DNA of 63,705 nucleotides, filler included, from Lama guanicoe (GCA_013239625.1; 153 parts of 153 records of this genome joined end to end with filler, not necessarily neighbours in it), one strand, 5' to 3'. Numbered from the whole stretch's first letter, positions 1 to 13,211 are shown. Made by a program: numbers and translations. The notes: generated by a model not told the origin, from the letters alone.

Positions 1-316
1 TCTGTCGTGTACAAGCATGATAAGGACTAGCAGTAAGAAGCGCAAATGTCCTTCTCAGAAAAGCAGAACAGAGAGCATCCTTTAATGGTAGTAGATTACA
101 GGATATGACATTGTCTCTTCATTATCAGTTAAACATAGGTAACATTTTGTTGGGTTTTTTTGTTTTTCACTTAATCTTGACAACTCTTTGAGGTACTAGC
201 TACTATTGTTTTTCTCATTTTATTTATAAGGAAATCTAGGCAGTACAGATGAAATACTTGGGAACAGACACAATAACTTTCAGAGCTAAGATTGACATAT
301 GGAAAGTTTACTACAG

Positions 317-416
317 NNNNNNNNNNNNNNNNNNNNNNNNNNNNNNNNNNNNNNNNNNNNTTAATTAATTAANNNNNNNNNNNNNNNNNNNNNNNNNNNN
401 NNNNNNNNNNNNNNNN
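317..416. other. Artificial contig-joining linker N44-TTAATTAATTAA-N44 (first of ~152 identical copies, recurring every ~416-418 bp across the window)
   Basis: Identical 100-nt block between every ~316-318 bp segment; the 12-mer is palindromic with TAA at offsets 2, 6 and 10, i.e. stops in all six frames; it explains the 'XXX...LIN' ORF ends. Confidence 0.99.
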
Positions 417-732
417 TTAAGTTTAATTAGATTCCATTTGTTTATTTTTGCTTTTATTTCCATTAATCTAGGAACTGGTTAAAAATGTGTTTCTGTGATT
501 TGTGTCAAATAATGTTCAGCCTATGTTTTCCTCTGGGAGTTGTATAGTATTGGTCTTACATTTAGGTCTTTATTCCATGTTGAGTGTATTTTTGCACATG
601 GTGGTAGAGAACGTTCTAATTCCAGTCTGTTACAGGTAGCTGTCTGGTTTGCCCAGCACCACTTGAGGAGACTGCCTTTTCTCCATTGTATATTCTTGTC
701 CACCTTGTTGTAGATTAATTGACCATAAATAT
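417..732 (-). mobile_element. LINE-1 ORF2 fragment (C-terminal half), degenerate
   Basis: Minus-strand translation DKNIQWRKGSLLKWCWANQTATCNRLELE...PCAKIHSTWNKDLNVRP resembles L1 ORF2p (KNIQWRKDSLFNKWCWENWTATC..MKL..LTPYTKINSKWIKDLNVRP). Confidence 0.9.
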
Positions 733-1248
733 NNNNNNNNNNNNNNNNNNNNNNNNNNNNNNNNNNNNNNNNNNNNTTAATTAATTAANNNNNNNNNNNN
801 NNNNNNNNNNNNNNNNNNNNNNNNNNNNNNNNGGCTAAGGTGGACGCCTCATGGAAAAGAAGAACCCAGCTAGAGTTTGGCCAAGGGCGGACTCTTTGTC
901 ATGACTAGGAACTATTTTACATTAAGTAAAATATTCAACGTTTAGACACACAACTTTAGATTTCCTGTTTTATTACCAATTACCCTCCAGATCAATTATA
1001 CTAATGTGAGTGCCAATAGGGGCTTGTGAACATTTTTTATTTCCCTCATTACCTTTTCCTTATTAATTAGCTCATATATTAGGGGCAGTTTTTCTTTTAT
1101 ATTTTTCCTATAATATTGCTAGAAATGATTTTTGTTTATGATTTCCCANNNNNNNNNNNNNNNNNNNNNNNNNNNNNNNNNNNNNNNNNNNNTTAATTAA
1201 TTAANNNNNNNNNNNNNNNNNNNNNNNNNNNNNNNNNNNNNNNNNNNN

Positions 1249-1564
1249 CCACAGTGAGGCCAATAATGTAGGTGTCGGTGCAGGCAAGTTTTAACAAAGG
1301 GTGCATGTCACAGACGAAGTGGTCAATGACATTGGGACCACAGAAGGGAAGGTTGTAAACAAAGAAAAGTTGAACTACAGCATGTAAAAACCCACCAACA
1401 CAGGCCAATAGCAGTAGCAGAACACATGCTCGCTGATTCATGATTGTGGAATAATGCAAAGGTTTACAGATGGCCACGTAGCGGTCATAAGCCATGACCA
1501 CCAGGAGGCAAACCTCAGCACCACCAAAAAAGTGCCATGTAAAAAGCTGGATCATGCAGGCTTG
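1249..1564 (-). CDS. Olfactory receptor family 4 (OR4A/OR4C-like), internal fragment TM3-TM5
   Basis: Open across the whole contig: [38 protein letters not shown]...[27 protein letters not shown], with canonical OR motifs [10 protein letters not shown] and [10 protein letters not shown]. Confidence 0.93.
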
Positions 1565-1922
1565 NNNNNNNNNNNNNNNNNNNNNNNNNNNNNNNNNNNN
1601 NNNNNNNNTTAATTAATTAANNNNNNNNNNNNNNNNNNNNNNNNNNNNNNNNNNNNNNNNNNNNGTTCTCCAAGGAAGGATGAAAGTCAACTCTGCTCCC
1701 TTTCCTCACAAAATAAGCTTTTCAAAAGATTCTTTTCTGGGTTGGTAGGAACTCTTAACCCTCCCACTTGGAGCAGACCATCCAAATCAGCAGCGGCGTT
1801 CCAACTCCGGGAGCATCTGATGACATCAGACCATCCTCTTGTTGCAGGCGACCCAGCGCAGACCCCAAATCTCACCTGACCTACTCAGATCCCTGGAGCT
1901 GTTCTTTTCTTCTCTTTTTCTC

Positions 1923-1977
1923 TTTTTATATTGAAGTATAGTCAGTTTACAATGTTGTGTCAATTTCTGGTATACAG
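1923..1977 (-). mobile_element. LINE-1 3' terminus
   Basis: ttgaagtatagtcagtttacaatgttgtgtcaatttctgg resembles the antisense end of cetartiodactyl L1; the same motif ends the contig at ~27755-27801. Confidence 0.7.
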
Positions 1978-2077
1978 NNNNNNNNNNNNNNNNNNNNNNN
2001 NNNNNNNNNNNNNNNNNNNNNTTAATTAATTAANNNNNNNNNNNNNNNNNNNNNNNNNNNNNNNNNNNNNNNNNNNN

Positions 2078-2180
2078 TCTAAATTCCTGACCTACAGAAA
2101 TTAAGAGCACAACAAACTGATCATTGTTTTATGCCACTGGATTGGGGTGGTTTGTTATGCAGCAATAGGTCACTTGAACA
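2078..2180 (+). mobile_element. MLT1 (ERVL-MaLR) LTR 3' end
   Basis: ttgttttatgccactggattggggtggtttgttatgcagcaataggtcacttgaaca resembles the MLT1 terminus (ttgttttaagccact...tttgttatgcagcaatagataactaataca). Confidence 0.7.
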
Positions 2181-3325
2181 CCATCCAATTAATGAAGAGA
2201 GTGAATCAAATGAACACATTGGGAAAAGATTTAGATTTCTTGCTGATTAGACATAAATACTGACATCAAAGTAGGAAACATAAAATTTAATATGCTACTG
2301 CAGTGAGAGCCTGGAGGGCAAAATGGCTAATGAGTGAGGTCAGTTCAGAGACTACTTAAGATAATTCATTGTACAGGAAAACTTGAAACATTGNNNNNNN
2401 NNNNNNNNNNNNNNNNNNNNNNNNNNNNNNNNNNNNNTTAATTAATTAANNNNNNNNNNNNNNNNNNNNNNNNNNNNNNNNNNNNNNNNNNNNAAAAAAA
2501 GAAAAATTAGTAATTCGTTAAAAAACAAAAATCAAGTCTTGTGATAACTGTGACATGAAATGCAGTGGCGGATATTTAATGTAAGAGTTTTTCATGCTAT
2601 TTTTTTAGGAAACTATTATAGTATTATTTGGTTGGTTTTCAGGGAACTATTAGGGTATGATTAATTTTTTACCATTCTGATAGTTGTTAAATAAAAAATA
2701 ATGCAACAGTCAGGGCTTTATTGTGGAACATTTTTTTTCCAATAATGGAAAATACATGCTGTAATTCTCTCTGGGATATTTCAAGTCTAAATAAAGCTAG
2801 CATGCCATTNNNNNNNNNNNNNNNNNNNNNNNNNNNNNNNNNNNNNNNNNNNNTTAATTAATTAANNNNNNNNNNNNNNNNNNNNNNNNNNNNNNNNNNN
2901 NNNNNNNNNAGAAGAGAGATGGAGTGGGGAAGAAATGAAGAAAAAGTATACTAATTTTCAGGAGAATTGTGGAACATAGCTATGTAGGTCTTACTGCTTT
3001 GCAGCAAATAAAATTATAGTCTTAAAAAAAACATTTATGTTTGAGCCCAGCAGAACACCTATGTATTTAGTGTAAAATGCAACTCAGTAAAAGTCTGCCT
3101 TAACTTAGATGGTGCCTTGTAATTTATTGTAATGCAATTTCCTGTAGCAGAATTTTATTTTAAATCAGTTTTGGATATACGAAAACATAAAAGAAATTGT
3201 GTAGTTACCTTTTGGTGTTTTTTAANNNNNNNNNNNNNNNNNNNNNNNNNNNNNNNNNNNNNNNNNNNNTTAATTAATTAANNNNNNNNNNNNNNNNNNN
3301 NNNNNNNNNNNNNNNNNNNNNNNNN

Positions 3326-3641
3326 GGGGCCCGTCCCCCTCCCCCTTGGCAAAAGGAACCCGTGACCATCGCACGTGGAAATAAAGCAAGGGGACGCTTT
3401 GCCCTAAGGTGGCGCGCGGCCAGGTTCCCCAAACACACACTCTGCACGTCATTAGGGGCGCAGTGGCTTCGCCCACGGATCCTTTCAATCGGCTTCCTTC
3501 CCCTCTCGGGTCCTGTCCCCGCAGGTGCCTGCCCTTTGCTCGCAGCTGTTTTCTCCCCCTCCCTTTCTTCCTTCTTCTGTTTCTGCCTGCGTTCCCTCCG
3601 GCTCCGCGGCTTGCACCCCGCAGGCAGGCTCGGCTGGGGGC
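3326..3641. promoter_or_regulatory. CpG-island/promoter-like fragment of an unidentified gene
   Basis: GC-rich with many CpGs; E-box CACGTG at 3372-3377 and a CRE-half-site-like CACGTCA at 3445-3451; no recognisable coding frame. Confidence 0.5.
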
Positions 3642-3741
3642 NNNNNNNNNNNNNNNNNNNNNNNNNNNNNNNNNNNNNNNNNNNNTTAATTAATTAANNN
3701 NNNNNNNNNNNNNNNNNNNNNNNNNNNNNNNNNNNNNNNNN

Positions 3742-4057
3742 TTTAAAATTGAAGTATAGTTGATGTACAGTATTATATGTTACAGGTATACAATATAGTG
3801 ATTCACAACTTTTTAAAGATTATTCTCCATTTATAGTTATTACAAAATATTGGCTGTATTCCCCATGGTGTACAGTGCGTCCTTGTGGCTTGTTTTATAC
3901 CTGATTGTTTGTACCTCTTAATCCTCCCCTCCATCTTGCCCCTCCCCCCTCCCTCTCCCTACTGGTAATCACTCATTCCATCTCTACATCTGTGAGTCTA
4001 TTTCTTTTCTGTTATATTCTCTAGTTTGTTGTATTTTTTTAGATTCCACATGTAAGT
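3742..4057 (-). mobile_element. LINE-1 3' UTR/terminus
   Basis: attgaagtatagttgatgtacag...ctggtaatcac...tgtgagtct...ttagattccacatgtaagt is typical antisense L1 3' end sequence. Confidence 0.85.
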
Positions 4058-5119
4058 NNNNNNNNNNNNNNNNNNNNNNNNNNNNNNNNNNNNNNNNNNN
4101 NTTAATTAATTAANNNNNNNNNNNNNNNNNNNNNNNNNNNNNNNNNNNNNNNNNNNNCGTGTGTGAGAAAAGAATGTATAGCTTTGTTTTAGAACATTGA
4201 AATTTGTGACAAGTTGATAAAATATCAATTTGTTATGAATTATTGTTTCCCAATGGATTTGAGTAACAGTCTAGCTTTGGCAATGCTCATGTTTACTTAA
4301 TTCCAAAGCATATAAACAATATTATAGTCTATTTTATACATTCAGACTATTTTTTAGTGATTAATGTTGATCTTTAAAAAAAAGCCTGGCCAGATTGCCC
4401 AGAAATTTTATTATGTCATTTGTATAATAAGGATAAGGTATTGTTTTTTGCTAATGGAAAACTACCAACAAAANNNNNNNNNNNNNNNNNNNNNNNNNNN
4501 NNNNNNNNNNNNNNNNNTTAATTAATTAANNNNNNNNNNNNNNNNNNNNNNNNNNNNNNNNNNNNNNNNNNNNTGGAAGAGTCGACCTGCACCGACACGC
4601 ATTGGCATATCCAGCGGAGAAGTCACAGTGTCAGTGTTTCCATGTCCCCTGGGCACACGGCTCATCTGCCCAGGGCAGGGCGAGGCTGAGGGCAGCGTGG
4701 AGCAGGGAGGCGCCAGTCCGGGTGCAGTCCCTGGGAGCTGAGCCAGGTGCATTTTCCCCGGCCTGCCTGCCCCAGCCCAGCCCAGTGCCATCAGGCCCCT
4801 GCTCTGAATCTGGTGGTGCCTGTGGCAGCCGGGCCCACACAGCGGCTCATGGCTCACAGTGTGTCTGGGCCCCTGCAAGGAGCAAATGCNNNNNNNNNNN
4901 NNNNNNNNNNNNNNNNNNNNNNNNNNNNNNNNNTTAATTAATTAANNNNNNNNNNNNNNNNNNNNNNNNNNNNNNNNNNNNNNNNNNNNTTTTTTTTAAC
5001 TCAGTGCTTGTAGATTTATACACCACAGAACACACAAGCAAAATCATTTTTTATAAAGCTATCAGAAAAGGCATTTTTGATGAGCAACGGTGGTTTCTGG
5101 CAATATGTATCCATCTGGA

Positions 5120-5305
5120 CTGGTCGTTCTCAAACAGAGCAATTTTGACACCTCTTTCCCCACCTCAGGGACACTTGGCAACAACTATAGACATTTATGG
5201 TTGTCATAACTGGGAGGGAAAGAGGCAGAGGTGCTGCTGGCATCGAGTAGAGGTCAGGGATGCTGATAACAAACATCCTACAACGCACAGGACAGCCCCT
5301 ACCTC
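5120..5305 (+). mobile_element. MER20 (hAT-Charlie) DNA transposon relic
   Basis: cagggacacttggcaac...gacatttatggttgtcataactggg...tgctggcatcgagtagaggtcagggatgctg...aaacatcctacaacgcacaggacagcccc matches the recalled MER20 consensus. Confidence 0.8.
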
Positions 5306-7069
5306 NNNNNNNNNNNNNNNNNNNNNNNNNNNNNNNNNNNNNNNNNNNNTTAATTAATTAANNNNNNNNNNNNNNNNNNNNNNNNNNNNNNNNNNNNNNN
5401 NNNNNTGACTTAGGCTGTCTGGTGCAAAGTGTATGGATTACGAGATGAGGCTGGAGTGGTAAGAAAAGGAATGGTTTTGTACATCGGGATGAGTTTAAAC
5501 TTAACACTGAGCCCACTGCAGATTTTTAATCATGCAGGAAGGGGCAGGACCACACTTGTGTATTAGAGAAAGATCGCTCAATTTTTATGTAGAGAAAAGA
5601 ATAGAAATGAATCAAGACTGGAAGAATGAGGACCAGTTCAGCGCCTCCAGACAAAAAATGAAGCACTATTCGACTAGGAAAACAGTGAGCTGGCCGTGGG
5701 AGATACATATATATATATATANNNNNNNNNNNNNNNNNNNNNNNNNNNNNNNNNNNNNNNNNNNNTTAATTAATTAANNNNNNNNNNNNNNNNNNNNNNN
5801 NNNNNNNNNNNNNNNNNNNNNTATTTCAGCCCCACCTTCCTTGGAGGAGTCATTTCACAGGTGTGCAGTTGAATTAGATAATTCTATGCAGTCTGCACTA
5901 AATCCTGGAATCCTGGATCATAAGTAAAGCTTTGTGAGAAAATAAGGGAAACAAAACAAACCATCAAAAACACTCCACAACTGCACGTTTGGATTACATT
6001 TGTGCTCTTTAGCTCCATATGTGTTGAAACATCACACTGTCCTGCATAAATCATTGGAATCTCATAAAGGGTAATCTCACTGCCTGCTGAATACCTGCAT
6101 TTCACCTGCTTTAACCTCTCCTCACATACCTGACATCNNNNNNNNNNNNNNNNNNNNNNNNNNNNNNNNNNNNNNNNNNNNTTAATTAATTAANNNNNNN
6201 NNNNNNNNNNNNNNNNNNNNNNNNNNNNNNNNNNNNNGGGGGGGAGGGTGGTCCCCGGCACCGGGCTTGTGCGGAGGACGGCCCCTTGGCTCCATGGTCC
6301 AGCACAGCGAGTGCAGGGCCCCCGGGCCATGCGGGGCAGGGCTCTCCCAGCACCGCGGGAGAGGGGCCCCCACAGCAGCTCAGGCCGGAGGAGAACCCTG
6401 CAGGGAGCACAGCCCTCTCCTCACGGAGCCTTCCGGCCTACCTGCTGAGGATGAACCTAAGATGTCTTTCTTTCTGATGATTTTCACGTACGACCCGTAT
6501 CAGAAGCACCCAAGCTTAGTTACTGGTGTCTCACCGCGATGGTGGAGCTTACCNNNNNNNNNNNNNNNNNNNNNNNNNNNNNNNNNNNNNNNNNNNNTTA
6601 ATTAATTAANNNNNNNNNNNNNNNNNNNNNNNNNNNNNNNNNNNNNNNNNNNNGTGTGATATTCATATAGAAATTGATTAGTTGTATCCAGAGAAATTTA
6701 AATTCTGAATTGAAATGTTTGAAAAATTCTGGGACTAATGATTGTGTTAACTTTGACAATCTTGGCTGACTGCAAAATCAGCTGTATTTCTGAACCCAGT
6801 CATTATTTTAATGCCTCATCATAATAAAGACAGCAAGGAAGGTATGGCGATTTTATCTGAACTTTCTACGATATTGGTGAGTCACTATGTTGATCTAAAT
6901 CTGGTAAAATATAAATATTTAGGCGTGCAGTCTGTCTAAGCAAAAGAATGTTCATATGAATCTCGTTATNNNNNNNNNNNNNNNNNNNNNNNNNNNNNNN
7001 NNNNNNNNNNNNNTTAATTAATTAANNNNNNNNNNNNNNNNNNNNNNNNNNNNNNNNNNNNNNNNNNNN

Positions 7070-7385
7070 TGTCAAAGGCCATGGCGATGAGCAGCACCAT
7101 CTCCACACCACCAATGACGTGGATGAAGAAGATCTGAGCAATGCAGCCTCCAAAGGAGATGGCTTTACGCTTTCTGAAGAGGTCACAGATCATCTTGGGT
7201 GAGGTGACAGAGCAGGCTCCTAAGTCAATGAAGGAGAGACTGGCCAACAGGAAGTACATGGGGGAGTGTAAGTGAGGATCAGTGGTCACAGAAAACACAA
7301 TGAGGGTGTTCCCAGTCATGCTTGCCACATAGAGCACGGAGGAGAACACCAGGAGGAGAAGCTGGACCTCCCATGAATGAGTGAG
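7070..7385 (-). CDS. Olfactory receptor OR4F3/OR4F16/OR4F29-like, N-terminal fragment (TM1-TM3)
   Basis: Open across the contig: [105 protein letters not shown], close to human OR4F3/16/29 as recalled. Confidence 0.93.
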
Positions 7386-8178
7386 NNNNNNNNNNNNNNN
7401 NNNNNNNNNNNNNNNNNNNNNNNNNNNNNTTAATTAATTAANNNNNNNNNNNNNNNNNNNNNNNNNNNNNNNNNNNNNNNNNNNNGGATGCTACTGTCAT
7501 AATGATCCTACTGCTCTTTGTCTGGTGGTTGTTATTTTTCTCCTGACTTGGGTTGGAAGTTCGTAACTGCAGGGATCAGATCTCGTTTGAGGTCCTGCTC
7601 CTTGCCCAGCATCAAACTCAGACCCAGGTGCACAGGAGATGCTCCATCATTGTTCTTTAATTCACGAGTGATGAAAAAAGGCACGGGTGAGTGACTCATC
7701 TATAACAGCCAAGATCCAAACCCAGGCAGCCTTTTGATTCTCAGACCCATGCTCTTTCTGTAAGCCACACATCCTCCAAAAACACAACCACCTGTTGTAA
7801 TNNNNNNNNNNNNNNNNNNNNNNNNNNNNNNNNNNNNNNNNNNNNTTAATTAATTAANNNNNNNNNNNNNNNNNNNNNNNNNNNNNNNNNNNNNNNNNNN
7901 NGTAGTGTCTTAATTTGCCTAAATAAGAGGGAATTGACCCAAATCGTGCTGTGCTGGCCATTGGTCTTTTCTGAACTGTGTCTTGACAATTAAGATTTTG
8001 AAGCTAAGACAGCTGCACCCAGTATTTCCCACAGAAATAAGTCTTAAAACTATGTCCACTGAATGCCAAGCTGTTGTGATTTCTCTCTCCTCTTTCGGAG
8101 ATCACCATGGACGTTCATCCGCGTAGACACATCTGAATAGATACCTACCATGAGTCATTTCCTGAAATCAGCAATTGG

Positions 8179-8217
8179 AAACAAAACAAAACAAAACAAA
8201 ACAAAACAAAACAAAAC
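8179..8217 (+). repeat. (AAAAC)n microsatellite at contig end
   Basis: About 8 perfect AAAAC units running to the contig break. Confidence 0.95.
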
Positions 8218-8365
8218 NNNNNNNNNNNNNNNNNNNNNNNNNNNNNNNNNNNNNNNNNNNNTTAATTAATTAANNNNNNNNNNNNNNNNNNNNNNNNNNN
8301 NNNNNNNNNNNNNNNNNATGACCACAGATGAACCCTGACCATGGTGGATGCTTGACCCACATTAA

Positions 8366-8515
8366 CCTTAGTTCATCAATTCTAAGATGCACACTTTTTA
8401 AACCTTTTAACATTTTTGACATTGAGAAACATCTTACAGTTGCTTGCATATCACGTTTTCATTGGCAGTGGCACATGAATAACTATGCGTCAAGATTCAT
8501 AGGACAGAGAGCACG
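8366..8515 (+). mobile_element. MER104/Kanga-like (TcMar-Tc2) DNA transposon relic
   Basis: ttcatcaattctaagatgcacactttt...ttttaacatt...catcttaca resembles the recalled 5' end of MER104/Kanga elements. Confidence 0.4.
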
Positions 8516-9149
8516 GGATCTAGAAGACAGAGCAGATGCCTGTGTGTTATTTAGAATTGCCTGGGCTGCTTATTTTGAAATGTGCACGTGCGTATCTCTG
8601 TGCATGTGTGCATATCTGTGTGTGTGTGTGTGTNNNNNNNNNNNNNNNNNNNNNNNNNNNNNNNNNNNNNNNNNNNNTTAATTAATTAANNNNNNNNNNN
8701 NNNNNNNNNNNNNNNNNNNNNNNNNNNNNNNNNGGCTGTCAAACATGACCTGACCTCACTTGCCCAGATTCTAGAACCTGGGGTCCTGGGGCGCTCAGGG
8801 CCTGTGGCTTGCTGCCTCCCTTGCCCAGGTGCAGTCACCCAGCTCCCCCTGCTGCTACTGGGTTCCTTCCTCCTCCCACCCATCCCCAGTAGCACCCCTG
8901 CCCCTGCAGGCAGCCAGCCCTTGCCATCACTTCACTCCCCACAAGCCTTCATCTTCTGTAGGCCCTGAGCCTACCACCCACTCCCAGGCACCTCCTAACG
9001 GGAAGCTGTTCCTTCTGGGGTAGAAGTGTGGCTGGGAGACAGAGCTCTGNNNNNNNNNNNNNNNNNNNNNNNNNNNNNNNNNNNNNNNNNNNNTTAATTA
9101 ATTAANNNNNNNNNNNNNNNNNNNNNNNNNNNNNNNNNNNNNNNNNNNN

Positions 9150-9465
9150 CCAACAGCCGATGGAAGAGCCAGTCACTCTGCCAGCCAAGTGCCAACACTT
9201 GTGGGGGATGGTAAAGCCTTCCAGGTGTGAGATATGCTCTAAATCTGTGCACGATGTACGATGCTTCTCCCATTACCAGGATTCACAGGGCCAGGATTCA
9301 AGGTGAGAGGGTGGGAGGGCTCCACCCATGATCTTCCCAAGGGACCTGTTGAGGACATTTGCTCCCTGTCAGCTGTCCTCCAACCTGGTGGCCTAGAGTC
9401 TTAGTTCTGTAGGGGAAATGCTTCCACCAGAGACAGGACAATATTCCCATTTCACTGAGAGCTCA
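9150..9465 (+). mobile_element. ERVL internal sequence relic (integrase end / dUTPase region)
   Basis: ccaggattcacagggccaggattcaagg...ggcctagagtcttagttc...gaaatgcttccaccagagaca resembles ERVL-int upstream of the dUTPase; disrupted. Confidence 0.6.
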
Positions 9466-9565
9466 NNNNNNNNNNNNNNNNNNNNNNNNNNNNNNNNNNN
9501 NNNNNNNNNTTAATTAATTAANNNNNNNNNNNNNNNNNNNNNNNNNNNNNNNNNNNNNNNNNNNN

Positions 9566-9881
9566 ACCACAAAGATTTATACTATGTCTTCTTTTAGAAA
9601 GTTTATAGGTTTAGATTTTACGTTTCTCTCTGTGATCCATTTTGAATTAATTTTTATTTGTTGTATACAATAGGGGTTCAAGATTCCAGATTCTTTCTTT
9701 TGCCTGCAAATACCCAGGTGACCCTGCTCCATCTGTTGAATAGACTATTCTTTCAATGGTGTGTTGTTGGCACTCTTGTGGAAAACTGACTGTAAATGTA
9801 AGTTCCCCCCCTGGAGTTTTTATTGTGTCTCATAGATTTACGTATCCAAACTTATGCCAGTACCATAATGACTTGAGTACT
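9566..9881 (-). mobile_element. Old LINE-1 ORF2 fragment
   Basis: gatccattttgaattaatttt...ctgttgaatagactattc...tatgccagtaccata is antisense L1M-type ORF2. Confidence 0.75.
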
Positions 9882-10607
9882 NNNNNNNNNNNNNNNNNNN
9901 NNNNNNNNNNNNNNNNNNNNNNNNNTTAATTAATTAANNNNNNNNNNNNNNNNNNNNNNNNNNNNNNNNNNNNNNNNNNNNTTGCTTTCTTTTACAGTTT
10001 TGCTAAGAGTTGTTTTCATGACTAGTTGATGAATTTTATTAAATACTCTTTTACATTTATCCTACTTAATCATTATTTTCTCATTGTGCTTTTCTGTTAA
10101 TGGTATAACTTACGTAATTAGTTTTGAATCTCAACTAGTCTTACATTTTCCAGTATAGTCTACTATTACTCTATTATGTTTATGTAATGGCTTAATTCAT
10201 GTAATATTATGTTTGAATACATACAGCATGGCCCTTCAGTTCTCTATATACTCCTTTTCATACTTTTTTATTATGACTTATTACAGGATATTGAAAANNN
10301 NNNNNNNNNNNNNNNNNNNNNNNNNNNNNNNNNNNNNNNNNTTAATTAATTAANNNNNNNNNNNNNNNNNNNNNNNNNNNNNNNNNNNNNNNNNNNNGCT
10401 CTGGGCCTCCTCTTCTCCTTATCCATCACTTGGGGGGCTGCCCCGTGGAATTGATCGAGTTAGTGGCAGGGACTCCTTAGAGGCTGGTGTCTCTTCTGGT
10501 CCTGCTGCCCTTTCAGGAAATAAGGTAAACTGTCAAAAGCTTTTCTTTTACAAAACAATGTTCAGGATGCCTTGTATGAAAAAAACTAATTATGGAACCA
10601 AACTCCT

Positions 10608-10713
10608 AAATTAGGAATGTGGGATTACCAGATGCTCACTGCTATATACAAAATACATAACCACCAAGGGACTGCGGCATAGCACAGGGAACTGTATTCA
10701 GTCTCTTGTAATA
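10608..10713 (+). mobile_element. LINE-1 3' UTR fragment
   Basis: aaattaggaatgtgggattaccagat...atagcacagggaactgtattcagtctcttgtaata; homologous to 63195-63287. Confidence 0.7.
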
Positions 10714-10813
10714 NNNNNNNNNNNNNNNNNNNNNNNNNNNNNNNNNNNNNNNNNNNNTTAATTAATTAANNNNNNNNNNNNNNNNNNNNNNNNNNNNNNN
10801 NNNNNNNNNNNNN

Positions 10814-11127
10814 TAGCACAAATGAAGGTGGTTGCAGGAGAAAACTTTCTCTGCTTTCTCTGTGTGTTTCCTAATACCGGTTTGAATTTCCTGCAAATTT
10901 CACTGTAAAACCGAGTTGGAGCTGGTACCCCCCCATATATATTTATATAGTGAAGTTTCCAACTGAAAAGAAATTTGTGTTGCCAATTAGCTAGGTGAAA
11001 GACAGCTTTCACAGACACTTTTATCTAACAACTGAGCATGTGAAGATATGTTCGTTCATCAAGCACATATGGGACGGTTTGCAGCAGAAACACTTACTCT
11101 GGTTTCTCAGTCTGTATCCTAGTGCCG
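10814..11127 (+). repeat. Tandem satellite, ~247 bp monomer (1.3 units)
   Basis: agcacaaatgaaggtggttgcaggagaaa at the contig start recurs as agcacatatgggacggtttgcagcagaaa 247 bp later; shares ctgtaaaaccgagttggagctggtac with contig 18315-18630. Confidence 0.85.
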
Positions 11128-12895
11128 NNNNNNNNNNNNNNNNNNNNNNNNNNNNNNNNNNNNNNNNNNNNTTAATTAATTAANNNNNNNNNNNNNNNNN
11201 NNNNNNNNNNNNNNNNNNNNNNNNNNNTGAATTTTTTTAATCAAAATTTTCTTGACATTAGACTGAAACTCACTCGCCCATGGTTCTGGCATTTACCTCA
11301 TTTATTTTTAAGAAAATTATGTCTTTGAGCATTTCTAACCTCCCAGAGCTTTAAAAGAGATAAATATAATAGGTAAGGAGTAGAGTATATGTTAAAATGG
11401 TCCATCTTATACCAAGAACCACTGCATTATATGCTTACTGTGTTTCATCAGTTTCCAGTGATGATCAGTAAAGAATAAAGAGCTAGCTAGGAAGTTAGGG
11501 GCAGAACCCTAGATTGGTTCCTTGGTTAGGCTGCTTATTCATGTNNNNNNNNNNNNNNNNNNNNNNNNNNNNNNNNNNNNNNNNNNNNTTAATTAATTAA
11601 NNNNNNNNNNNNNNNNNNNNNNNNNNNNNNNNNNNNNNNNNNNNAAATCTTGGTGGAATATCACCCTTTCTTTGTGTAGGGTTTATCCATTCTTTTTATA
11701 CATGATCCTCTTCTTGAATATACACATTGCTGCAACTAATTTTGTTCCTGTAAAGACTGAGAGTTAACAATTGGAACAAGTTCATGAAAAAAAATGCAGC
11801 CAGGGTTCAATAATAGAAGTAGAACCACTGGGATGGATATATACATTCCAAATATACATGAGATTTGTAGGAATTGATGAAATAGTCTCTATAATGCTGA
11901 AGCTTGAAGGAAAGTCGTCAAGAAGGGAAGATGGATGGAAGGTGGGAACGATTAGAAGAAGNNNNNNNNNNNNNNNNNNNNNNNNNNNNNNNNNNNNNNN
12001 NNNNNTTAATTAATTAANNNNNNNNNNNNNNNNNNNNNNNNNNNNNNNNNNNNNNNNNNNNGGGGTGAGCCAGGCCCCAACACCAGGGCATCCCCTTGAT
12101 GAAGGTGCTGAGGGTTACATAGCACCGTGCCCGGGCATCTGCCCTTACCTAGGTGTGGCGACCACAGCCCGGCTGTCCTCATCCTCAGGGCTTGGAAGTG
12201 CAATGGCAGGAGCTCAAAAGAGCCCATCAGAATCTTTTAAAAAAATATCCTGTTTTTAGTTTATTTTTATTATAGAGAATTCAAACACACACAAGAGCAG
12301 AGCGACCAGCTCTTGGGTCCAAGCCCTCAGCTCCAACAGTTATCAGCATTCTGCTCTTTTTTCAAAAGATGCTGATCCNNNNNNNNNNNNNNNNNNNNNN
12401 NNNNNNNNNNNNNNNNNNNNNNTTAATTAATTAANNNNNNNNNNNNNNNNNNNNNNNNNNNNNNNNNNNNNNNNNNNNCGAATTACATTTTCCCATTGAT
12501 TTGCATTTAAATTTGATATGTCTTTTCGTGGGAAAATAAATGGTATCACAGAAATTGTTTGTTAGAATCCTAACGTATACTTCAAGGAAGAAACTGCCTC
12601 TGCAGAACGTGAGAAATCTGTGTGCATTTAATTCTGTACCACCATAAAACTATAAAATGTTAGTGTTTAAGGAGGATTCAGGACATTATCTTGCCCTAGG
12701 TACATCATTTGACAGCTCAGGAAACTGAGGCCTGGAGAGATCTAACACCTTGATACTAACAGTATGATTTCTGGACCAGCAGTATTAGCAGCACCNNNNN
12801 NNNNNNNNNNNNNNNNNNNNNNNNNNNNNNNNNNNNNNNTTAATTAATTAANNNNNNNNNNNNNNNNNNNNNNNNNNNNNNNNNNNNNNNNNNNN

Positions 12896-13211
12896 TTTAA
12901 CCTGCAATCCATTCCTTTTGTGCTGAATAAACCAGCGTCTGTCCACATGCTCAATTTTGAGAGATAAGTGTGTGTGAAAGCCCACCTTCCCCTAGCTTGA
13001 ACGGAACAAATATTTCATTTCTGATCGTACCCCACGAAATATATATACATTGGGTAGTTCTAGCTACAACCTGGTTTTACAGGGAAAACTGCAAGAAATT
13101 CAAACCGGCACTAGGATACAGACTGAGAACACCTAGTAAGTGTTTCCCTATCAACCCATTCTTTTAGTGCTGGATCAGCGAAAGTCTCTCCACATGCCCA
13201 GTGCTGAGAGA
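12896..13211 (-). repeat. Same satellite family, reverse orientation, ~247 bp monomer
   Basis: ccacatgc at 12943 recurs at 13190; the reverse complement contains ctgtaaaaccaggttgtagctagaac, homologous to the 10814 and 18315 contigs. Confidence 0.85.

Noticed and set aside
6472..6505. TGATGA box-C-like motif inside a short inverted repeat (ttctgat...atcagaa), possible C/D snoRNA
   Set aside because: No properly placed box D (CTGA) and the stem is short enough to be chance.
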